A stretch of DNA of 64,000 bases from Acidobacteriota bacterium (GTDB taxonomy: Bacteria > Acidobacteriota > Thermoanaerobaculia > Multivoradales > UBA5704), in assembly GCA_040005235.1 (NCBI GenBank), contig JBDTZG010000010.1, positions 58,292 through 122,291 on the forward strand. Reading direction: 5' to 3'. The notes beneath the pieces are model-generated. The model was not told where the DNA came from and did not search any database. It saw nothing but the letters and a program-made list of their open reading frames with translations. Positions within the stretch are counted from its first letter, which is position 1. Every line of letters starts with the position of its first letter. Shown one piece after another: positions 47,988-55,959 of this stretch. Position numbers and translations under genes: made by a program.

Positions 47988-49667
47988 CTACGCCGCGAGC
48001 CGCACCTTCTCCGCCGTCACGACCAGCGAGCCGATCCGCGCGCTGCCGCGGAACGGGACGACGGCGAGGGTGAACCATTTGCCTTTGCCGGCGACGGCCC
48101 CGGGGCCTAAGGGCAGGCGGTTGCCGGGCCAGCCGGAGAGGACGTAGATCAGGCGGGTGGTTCGCGCGGGGACCCAGAGTTGCGACAGCTCTTCGTGGAA
48201 CGGCTCGTGACCGCGGGCGACGAAGGCGAGATCCTGCTCGGGCACCGCGTGGACCACCAGGTACTCCGGCAGGTACCACTGGAGGTGACGCTGCCATGGA
48301 TAGAGGAACCCGTCGGCGCCCGCCGCACCGGTTCCGGACAGCTCGACGGTGACCAACACGGTCGTTCCGGACGGATAGCGGTGCAGAGTGTCGAGCGTCC
48401 GGTCGAGCTCGTCTTCGTATTCGCGGATCGCGGCGGCGCGGAACTCGTGCTTCGCGACCGCGAAGAGGCGCGGCTCGTCCGGCGAGCGATCGGTGCCGAA
48501 CAGGAAGATCCCGACGCCTAGGGCGATGGCGATCGCCGAAGCGAGAAGCGGGCGCCAGGAGAACGTCTCGCGAGGCGTCTGCGCTCCGACCGCCGGCCCA
48601 CTTTCGAACAGCGGCGCAGCGGCGAGCGCGAGCGCGGTGAGGAAGGCCGGCAGGTAGACCAGCGTATAACCCGCCTTGGTGACGTGGAACAGCGCAAAGA
48701 ACGCGAGCGGCGGCAGCGCCCAGAACGCGAGCGGCACGGCGTTCGTTCGAAGCGCCGCGAGCGGTTCGCGCCAGCGCCGCGGCGCCAATCCTATGGCCAC
48801 CGCGATCAGGGCGATCAGCGCGGACGCGCCGGGCAGAATCCCTTGGAGCGTCCATTTGGTCAGCACTTCGAGGTTGTGTTCGAGCGCCCCCCAGCCGGCG
48901 CCGTAGAGGATCGAGGTCGCCGGCAGCAGGGTGCGAAAATGCTCGGCGCCGATCCTCTTGTACTCGGCGTATCCTCCCGCCTCTAGGCAGAGCGGCACGA
49001 ACCAGGCGAGCACCAGGACGAGCCCCAACGCCGCGCCGAGCGCGATCCGCGGCACCGGTAGCCGACCGGCGCGCCAAGCCCGCCAGACGCCGTAGAGGAA
49101 CAGCGGCGCGAGCAGCACCATGGTCGATTGGCGTAGGCCTCCCACCAAAGCGAAAAGGGCGACCGCGCCGTAAAACGCCGCCCGGCCCTCCCCCATGCGC
49201 AGCACGGCGGCGGCGATCACCACGGCGAGCCCCCCTTCGACGGCGTAGAGCAGCGGCAGCTCGCCGTAGAACCAGAGCAGCGGGTTGGTCGCAAAGAGAG
49301 CGGCGGCGAAAATGCCAACCCAGAGCTTGCCGCCGGAAAGCCGTGTCGCGAGGAGGAGCATCGCCGCCGCCCCCACCCCCCCGGACAAGATCGCGAGTCC
49401 GACCATCCCGGCAAGCGGCTCGATGCCAGCAAGGCGTAGCAGCTTCAACAGACCAATGTAGAGCGGATAGCCGGGCGGATGCGGATGATGCGCCGCAAGG
49501 TCGTAGCGCTCGACGCCGAGCGCGAACTGAATCGAGTCGTGATCCCACATTCGCCGGGCGGCGAACGGAATCCGGATCAAGACGGCGACGACCCCCGCGA
49601 CAAGCGCGGCGAGGCGAAGGCGCCAGGCGGGAGCAATCGAAGGAAGGCGCAAGGCTTCGGCGTCCAC
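47988..49667 (-). CDS. Polytopic membrane protein, GT-C/DUF2723-like glycosyltransferase
   Basis: WDHDSIQFALG...HHPHPPGYPLY; many TM helices; GTG start overlapping the upstream stop. Confidence 0.75.
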   Translation of the reverse strand: MDAEALRLPSIAPAWRLRLAALVAGVVAVLIRIPFAARRMWDHDSIQFALGVERYDLAAHHPHPPGYPLYIGLLKLLRLAGIEPLAGMVGLAILSGGVGAAAMLLLATRLSGGKLWVGIFAAALFATNPLLWFYGELPLLYAVEGGLAVVIAAAVLRMGEGRAAFYGAVALFALVGGLRQSTMVLLAPLFLYGVWRAWRAGRLPVPRIALGAALGLVLVLAWFVPLCLEAGGYAEYKRIGAEHFRTLLPATSILYGAGWGALEHNLEVLTKWTLQGILPGASALIALIAVAIGLAPRRWREPLAALRTNAVPLAFWALPPLAFFALFHVTKAGYTLVYLPAFLTALALAAAPLFESGPAVGAQTPRETFSWRPLLASAIAIALGVGIFLFGTDRSPDEPRLFAVAKHEFRAAAIREYEDELDRTLDTLHRYPSGTTVLVTVELSGTGAAGADGFLYPWQRHLQWYLPEYLVVHAVPEQDLAFVARGHEPFHEELSQLWVPARTTRLIYVLSGWPGNRLPLGPGAVAGKGKWFTLAVVPFRGSARIGSLVVTAEKVRLAA

Positions 49668-50878
49668 TACGCCGCGAACAGCAGACGCAGCAGCTCGCCG
49701 CCGACCTCGGGGGCGAGCCCTCCTCCCAGCTGTACGCGGCCGAGCAGAAATGCCGGCGGCTGGTGGCCGTTCATCACCGCTTCGAGGTCGGTCGCGGCGA
49801 TCCGCACCTCGACTCCTTCGCCCGGACCGGCGGTGACCGGCGGCGGCTGTTGCGAAAGATCGACCGTCCAGGTCCCGCCGTTCGGCCCGTCGATCGCGAA
49901 CACCCAGGCGCGAGCGAGCCGCTCCGGCACCGGGCCGATCCCTTCGAGCGTCATCGGCAGGACCTCGTCGAACAGGGTCGCCGCGGTGAAATGCCCATCG
50001 TCGGCTTTTTCCAAGCCGGTGACGAAGCCGTCCTCGCGGAATTCGACCCGCGGGTAGCCGAGCTGTTCGAGGCGCAGGTTCATCCGTTCGCGATACGCCA
50101 AAGGAGTCGGCTGGATGGCGTGCCAGGGCAGTTTCGATCCGGCACCGATGCTCTCGTCCGAGATCTTGGTCGACATGTAGGCGCGCCAATCCCCTCCGTT
50201 CGGCCGTTGGCGATGCTCGGTGACGAACACCTTGTCGATCAGCGAGGGGTCGAATTCGACGCCGAGAAAGCCGAACAGCGCCGAGAGCGTGGTCTCAGGG
50301 TCGCGCACCAGGTCCTCGTAGCGCAATCGGTGCGCCCGCGCGCCCATCTCGCGCTCGAAGCGCAGCATCTCGGTCGTCCGCTCCTCCCAGGCGTCGATGA
50401 ACCCCAACGTGTGGTTCGGGTAGTGCTTCCGCAGGATGGCGTCGAGCATTGGCATCGGCTGGGTGTACGCCGTGAAGCGGATGCACGACGAGACGAAATC
50501 GAGGCAGTGGCGATGAAGCATCAGGAAGCGCGCTTCGGGGAACGCCCCGGCGAGCAGGTCGGCGAAGTCGACGTTCGACGGCGTCTTGTCGCACCAGAAC
50601 CGCTTGCCCTTGCGCTCGGCGAAGTCGGCCATCATGCCGTCGATCACCCGCCGAATGTCGGGCAGGATGGGGTCGTCCGGGCTCGGCTTCAAACTTTGAT
50701 AGGTGCGGTCGGTCTTTTCGTGCAGGCCGGCGAACGTCGTATAGAGCGAGGAGGTCAAACGCCCGAGCGACAGCTCGTCCGGGCAGCTGATGTCGGGATG
50801 GGTGTCGAGGATCAGACGCAGCAGCGTCGAACCCGACCGGGGAAGCGAGATGACGAAGATTCCAGGGTGGTTCGACAT
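49667..50878 (-). CDS. Sulfotransferase with C-terminal SCP2 (sterol carrier-like) domain
   Basis: SLPRSGSTLLRLILDTHP, WCDKTPSN, RYEDLVRDPE; C-terminal FAIDGPNGGTWTVDL...LEAVMNG...GRVQLGG. Confidence 0.85.
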   Translation of the reverse strand: MSNHPGIFVISLPRSGSTLLRLILDTHPDISCPDELSLGRLTSSLYTTFAGLHEKTDRTYQSLKPSPDDPILPDIRRVIDGMMADFAERKGKRFWCDKTPSNVDFADLLAGAFPEARFLMLHRHCLDFVSSCIRFTAYTQPMPMLDAILRKHYPNHTLGFIDAWEERTTEMLRFEREMGARAHRLRYEDLVRDPETTLSALFGFLGVEFDPSLIDKVFVTEHRQRPNGGDWRAYMSTKISDESIGAGSKLPWHAIQPTPLAYRERMNLRLEQLGYPRVEFREDGFVTGLEKADDGHFTAATLFDEVLPMTLEGIGPVPERLARAWVFAIDGPNGGTWTVDLSQQPPPVTAGPGEGVEVRIAATDLEAVMNGHQPPAFLLGRVQLGGGLAPEVGGELLRLLFAA

Positions 50879-50883
50879 GACCG

Positions 50884-51657
50884 TTACTTTACCTTGGCTC
50901 CGGGTGCCGCTAGTTGCCGCCGGGGAGCCGCCGGGTGCTCAAGGGCGCGCTTGGCCAGGGGTAATGCCGCTTTCGCCCACCGCTCATACTGCCGGCCCGA
51001 CGGATGAAGGCCGTCGCCGACCAGCTCCCCCGCCGCCTTGCCCGCCGTGCGGGTCTCAGCCGTGACATCCAAAAACGCCGCGCCCGTTTTTTCGGTCTCG
51101 GCTTTCGCGGTCGCGTTGAACGCGTCGATCTCCCGGGCGATCTGCCCCGGCACGGAACGCTCCGACGAGGCGCCGAACGTCGTCACCCCCCAATCGGGAA
51201 TCGACAGCACGACCACCCGCTCGGGGCGGTTGCCGGCAAAGCCGATCGCCGCTTCTAGGAGCCGCCGGAATTCCGGGCGATACGCTTCTACGGTGCGTCC
51301 GCGGTATTGATCGTTGACGCCGATCAAGAGCGTCACCAGGTCATGCGGCCCCCGCGGCTTCGCCTCCAAGATCGCCGCCGACAGCTCGTCGGTCGTCCAG
51401 CCGGTGCGAGCGATGATCTCGGGCGTTCTCGCGAGCGGCAGGCCGTCGGCCGCGAGCAGCGCTGCCAGTTGGTGCGGCCAACGCTCGGCCGGCTCCACCC
51501 CTTCGCCGATCGTGTAGGAATCGCCGAGCGCCAGGTATCGCAGAGTCGTACCTCCGGAGGGTTTGGCCTTAGAGCCCGCCGCGGGCGCGGCGTTTAGGGT
51601 CAGCGTTCCGCCGAGGAGGCCGACGGCCAGCAGGGCGAGCGGGTAGCGGCGTTTCAT
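50884..51657 (-). CDS. SGNH/GDSL hydrolase
   Basis: LGDSYT, TGWTT, IGVNDQYRG, DGLHPS. Confidence 0.93.
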   Translation of the reverse strand: MKRRYPLALLAVGLLGGTLTLNAAPAAGSKAKPSGGTTLRYLALGDSYTIGEGVEPAERWPHQLAALLAADGLPLARTPEIIARTGWTTDELSAAILEAKPRGPHDLVTLLIGVNDQYRGRTVEAYRPEFRRLLEAAIGFAGNRPERVVVLSIPDWGVTTFGASSERSVPGQIAREIDAFNATAKAETEKTGAAFLDVTAETRTAGKAAGELVGDGLHPSGRQYERWAKAALPLAKRALEHPAAPRRQLAAPGAKVK

Positions 51658-53369
51658 GTCTTCTTAGCCGTAGTCGACGCGGTCGACGGATCGGGCATCC
51701 GGTCGGTCGAGAAATCGGCGCTGGGTTGAAACGTCGGCGGCCGGCGCGCTTTCGTCCCCTGTTCGAACGCATAGGCCAGGCGGATCAGCTTCGCCTCGCT
51801 CCAGGCCGGACCGGAGAACGAGATGCCCACGGGCAGACCGAACGCGAATCCCGCCGGCACCGTGATGCTCGGGGTGGCGGCAACCGCGGCGATCGACGAG
51901 GTGCCGCTCGTATAGGCGTCGCCGTTCACCCAGTCGATCAGCCAGGCAAACCCGTTGGTCAGGGTGACGATCGCATCCAGCCGATCCGCGGCGAGCGTCG
52001 CCTCCAACCCTTTCGTCCGCGCGCCGTCGACGCAGGTCTGCCGCGCCTTTTGGTAGGCGTCGTCGGTGAGCGGCCCTTTGGCCTCCGCCGCGGTGAAGAT
52101 CTCCTGGCCGAACCATGGGCTCTCGCGATCCCGATGCGCCTCGTTCCAGGCGATCAGATCGGCGAGATTCTTCATCGGCCCACCGCGCTCTGCCAGGTAC
52201 TTCGCCATCCCGTCCTTGAACTCGTAGAGCAACACGTCGTATTCGGCGTCTTCGATCTCCTTGCTCCAGGCGAGATCGACCGGGTCGATCACCGTGGCGC
52301 CGAGCTTTTGGATCGCGGCCACCGCGCCGTCGAAGACCGCGTCGGCCGCCGGGTTCTTGCCGAAGCCTTGGCTGCGGACGACGCCGATCCGCGCGCCGGA
52401 GAGCGCCAGCGGATCGAGCCCGTGGGCATAATCGGTGATCCCTTCCGCGGCGGCGGTCGCCGGATCGCGCGGATCTTTTCCCGCCAGAGCGGTAAGTAGG
52501 ATCGCGGCGTCAGTCACCGTGCGGCACATCGGCCCCGCGGTGTCCTGGCTCGCGGCGATCGGAATCACCCCCGCGCGGCTGACCAGACCGACGGTCGGTT
52601 TGATCCCCACCAGCCCCTGCACGGACGCGGGCGAAATCACCGAACCGTCGGTCTCCGTGCCGACGCCCACCGCGGCAAAGCTCGCGGCGATCGCGGCTCC
52701 GGTGCCCGAGCTGGACCCCGAGGGCGAGCGGTCGAGCGCGTAGGGGTTCCGCGTCTGGCCGCCGCGGCCGCTCCAGCCGGAGGTCGAGCGGGTCGAGCGA
52801 AAGTTCGCCCACTCCGAAAGGTTGGTCTTGCCCAGGATCACCGCCCCGGCGGCGCGCAGCCGCTCGACCAAAAAGGAGTCGCGCGGCGGGCGCGGTGATT
52901 GGAGGGGGTCCAGCGCGAGCGAGCCGGCGGTCGTCTTCATCCGGTCCGCCGTATCGATGTTGTCCTTGATCAACACCGGAATCCCGTGGAGCGGCCCGCG
53001 CGGGCCTTTCTCTTTTCGCTCCATGTCGAGAGCGTCGGCGAGTCCGAGCGCATCCGGATTGACCTCGATCACCGCGTTGACCGTTGGCCCCGAACGGTCG
53101 AGCCGCTCGATCCGGTCGAGATAGGCGGCGGCGATCGAATGGGCGGTCTCGCTCCCCTGTTCCATGCGATGTTGCAGGTCGGCGATCGTCGCCTCTTCGA
53201 ACTTGAATGGCGTCGTTGCGACCGCGGTTCCCGGAGTCGCGGCTCCGGGCGCCGCATCCGCTCGGCCGGGCGGCACGAGAGCCGTGGCCGCGAGACCGGC
53301 GGCCAGGCCCCCGAGCAGCTGACGACGGGACAACGCACGCTCGGAGGTCGAACGCTTCGACTTGGGCAT
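51654..53369 (-). CDS. Tat-exported amidase (amidase signature family)
   Basis: SRRQLL; LHGIPVLIKDNI; GKTNLSEWANFRS; SGSSSG; GTETDGS. Confidence 0.95.
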   Translation of the reverse strand: MPKSKRSTSERALSRRQLLGGLAAGLAATALVPPGRADAAPGAATPGTAVATTPFKFEEATIADLQHRMEQGSETAHSIAAAYLDRIERLDRSGPTVNAVIEVNPDALGLADALDMERKEKGPRGPLHGIPVLIKDNIDTADRMKTTAGSLALDPLQSPRPPRDSFLVERLRAAGAVILGKTNLSEWANFRSTRSTSGWSGRGGQTRNPYALDRSPSGSSSGTGAAIAASFAAVGVGTETDGSVISPASVQGLVGIKPTVGLVSRAGVIPIAASQDTAGPMCRTVTDAAILLTALAGKDPRDPATAAAEGITDYAHGLDPLALSGARIGVVRSQGFGKNPAADAVFDGAVAAIQKLGATVIDPVDLAWSKEIEDAEYDVLLYEFKDGMAKYLAERGGPMKNLADLIAWNEAHRDRESPWFGQEIFTAAEAKGPLTDDAYQKARQTCVDGARTKGLEATLAADRLDAIVTLTNGFAWLIDWVNGDAYTSGTSSIAAVAATPSITVPAGFAFGLPVGISFSGPAWSEAKLIRLAYAFEQGTKARRPPTFQPSADFSTDRMPDPSTASTTAKKT

Positions 53370-53481
53370 GGCGGCTCCTCGGGAGAGAGAAAAACTGCGA
53401 CGACTCTAACCGAGTGCCCCCTCGGCAGGAAGCGAAATCGTCGGGAAACCGGTACCATTTCCGCCCGGGAGGTGACTGCTC

Positions 53482-54189
53482 TTGAGATTCGAACCGCTTC
53501 GCTCCACCGCCGTCTTCGCCGTCCTTCTTTCCCTCTTCCTCGCTCCCGACGCCCGCGCCGTCGACCGCCGGCCGACGAAATTCAACGCTGCCGACGGAAC
53601 CGAGATCCCGGCGACCTTCTTCGATAGCCGTGCGAGCGGACCGGCCGCCCTGTTTCTGCAAGATTGCGACGGAGACGCGCCCGAATTGGACAATCTGGCC
53701 GGCAAGATCACCGCCGCCGGACCGCGCGCCCTGCTTTGGTACTACCGCCCCGGCGGCAACCCCAACGAAGCGCTCGAAAAAGCCGCCGCGGACGCCAACT
53801 CCGCCTGGCAGATGCTGATCGGCCAGAATCGCGTCGGATCGGACCGGATTGGCATCGTCGCGATCGGATGCGGCGCGAGAATTGCAATTCCGTTTGCCAG
53901 GAAGACCGGCAAGGTCAAACTGATGGCTCTGATCTCCCCCGACCTCCAAGGCGTCACCGACGAGCAACTCGCCGCGATGGCCGACATTCCCTTGCTGATC
54001 TTCGCCAACGATGGCGAGGCGGACGCCAAGAAGCTATTCGCCGCGACCCACCACGACAAAAGCCAGCTCAAGATCTATCGCCGCCCGTCCAAGGGGATGG
54101 GACTCTATAAGGCCGACGGAACCTTGAAGGGCGGTATCGACGACTATTTTGAATTCGTCTACGGCGGCTGGGCGCACCCCGAGTACTGA
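53482..54189 (+). CDS. Secreted alpha/beta-hydrolase-fold protein, paralog 1 (catalytic Ser/His apparently absent)
   Basis: TTG start with GGAGGT RBS; signal peptide; F.AADGT.I.ATF, RIGIVAIGCGA, LISP. Confidence 0.7.
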   Translation: MRFEPLRSTAVFAVLLSLFLAPDARAVDRRPTKFNAADGTEIPATFFDSRASGPAALFLQDCDGDAPELDNLAGKITAAGPRALLWYYRPGGNPNEALEKAAADANSAWQMLIGQNRVGSDRIGIVAIGCGARIAIPFARKTGKVKLMALISPDLQGVTDEQLAAMADIPLLIFANDGEADAKKLFAATHHDKSQLKIYRRPSKGMGLYKADGTLKGGIDDYFEFVYGGWAHPEY

Positions 54190-54296
54190 ATAGGAGATGC
54201 CGATCCGGCACCTCCTCTCTCTCGGGACGACCGGGCGCCGGCCGACCTCAAGCCATTACGACGAGAGAAACCCTCACCCGCCAGGAGGCACCGTAC

Positions 54297-55001
54297 TTGC
54301 GATACGAATTATCCCGAAAGGCTCTCGCCCTGCTAGTTCTTCTGCCGTTCCTCTTCGCCCCGGAGGCCCGCGCCGACATTCGCCGCCCTGTGCAATTCAA
54401 AAGCGCCGACGGCACGAACCTCTCCGGGACGTTTTACGACAGCCGAGCGGTCGGACCGGGTGCCATGTTCCTCCTGGATTGCGAAGGAGAGGCGCCCGAG
54501 CTGGTCAATTTGGCCGGTAAGATCACGGCCGCGGGACCGCGCGTCCTGCTGTGGAATTATCGCCGCGACGGCAACCCCAAGGCCTCGATCGAAAAGGCAA
54601 CGGCGGACGCCAACGCCGCCTGGCAGCTGTTGGCCCACCAGGCGCGGGTCGGCTCGGACGTGGTCGGTCTCGTTGCGATCGGCTGCGGCGCGCGAATCGC
54701 GATTCCGTTCGCCAAAACCGGCAAGGTGAAGGTCATGGTGCTGATCTCGCCGGATCTCGAAGGGGTCACCGACGAGCAGATCGCCGCGACCGCCAACCTG
54801 CCGCTCCAAATCTACGCCAACGGCGACGAGGCGGGCGCCCAGCGCCTGTTCGCGGCGAACCACAACGATAAGACCCAGCTCAAACTGTATCGGCGCACGG
54901 AGAAGGCGATGAGCCTCTACCGGGCCGATCGATGGCTCCGGGACGGCATCGACACCTATTTCCAGAACGTTTACGGAGCTTTTTCGGCTGACGACTTCTG
55001 A
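54297..55001 (+). CDS. Secreted alpha/beta-hydrolase-fold protein, paralog 2 (catalytic Ser/His apparently absent)
   Basis: Colinear with paralog 1 (LAGKITAAGPR, VAIGCGARIAIPFA, LISPDL.GVTDEQ); AGGAGG RBS. Confidence 0.7.
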   Translation: MRYELSRKALALLVLLPFLFAPEARADIRRPVQFKSADGTNLSGTFYDSRAVGPGAMFLLDCEGEAPELVNLAGKITAAGPRVLLWNYRRDGNPKASIEKATADANAAWQLLAHQARVGSDVVGLVAIGCGARIAIPFAKTGKVKVMVLISPDLEGVTDEQIAATANLPLQIYANGDEAGAQRLFAANHNDKTQLKLYRRTEKAMSLYRADRWLRDGIDTYFQNVYGAFSADDF

Positions 55002-55026
55002 GGCTCGGCCGCCCCTCCGGCCCCCG

Positions 55027-55959
55027 ATGCCGTTCGTGCTCGGCGTCGGCCGCTCCGGCACGACGATGCTCCGGCTGATGCTCGATGCCCACAGCCAGCT
55101 CGCCATCCCGCAGGAAACCGGGTTCGCCGAAGAGATCGAGCGCCGCCTGTCGGCCGGAACGCCGCTCGCCGAGGCCGCCCTCGGCGCCATCTCGGATTGC
55201 GACAACTCTTCCAGCTTCGGTCTGTCGACGGACGACCTCGCCGGCGCCTTCGCCGACCTGCCGCCCGGGGATCGAGACGGCGCGGGAACGGGCCTCGCAC
55301 TGCGCGCCTTTTATTCGCTCTACGCTCGGTCCCAGGGCAAGACCCGAGCCGGAGACAAGACGCCGATCCATACGGGCCATATCGTGCGGCTTCATCGCCA
55401 CCTGCCGGAGGCGCGCTTCGTCCACCTGATTCGCGACGGCCGCGACGTCGCCACCTCGATTCGCGATCTCTGGTTTGCCCCCAGCCGCGACCTTGCGGCT
55501 CTCGCCCGCTGGTGGCGGGAAACGATCGCCGTGGCGAGAAACCAGGCGCGGGATCTGCCGCCGGGCACTTACCTGGAAGTCCGCTACGAAGAGCTGATCT
55601 TGAATCCCGAGTCCGAGCTTCTCCGGATCTGCGCCTTCCTCGACCTGCCGTTCGAGCCACAGATGCTCGCCTTCCACACCCGAGCCCAAGGCCGCCTCGC
55701 CGAGATGCAGGCGGTACGCCGGCCGGACGGTCGTCTGGTCATCACCGCCGAGGAACGCCATCGCCAGCACCGCCTGACCCACGAACCCCCTCGGCCCGAA
55801 AGGATCGGCCGCTTTCGGAACGTCCTTTCGCGAAGCGAAATCTCGGCGTTCGAGGCCGAGGCCGGAGCGTTGCTTCGAGCGCTCGGCTATCCCCTCGCCG
55901 CGCGACCCTGGGAACGCCTCTGGGCGCGGGCGCGCCGTGCGATGATCTCTCCCTCATGA
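55027..55959 (+). CDS. Sulfotransferase family protein
   Basis: GVGRSGTTMLRLMLDAH, GDKTP, IRDGRDVATS, RYEELI. Confidence 0.9.
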   Translation: MPFVLGVGRSGTTMLRLMLDAHSQLAIPQETGFAEEIERRLSAGTPLAEAALGAISDCDNSSSFGLSTDDLAGAFADLPPGDRDGAGTGLALRAFYSLYARSQGKTRAGDKTPIHTGHIVRLHRHLPEARFVHLIRDGRDVATSIRDLWFAPSRDLAALARWWRETIAVARNQARDLPPGTYLEVRYEELILNPESELLRICAFLDLPFEPQMLAFHTRAQGRLAEMQAVRRPDGRLVITAEERHRQHRLTHEPPRPERIGRFRNVLSRSEISAFEAEAGALLRALGYPLAARPWERLWARARRAMISPS

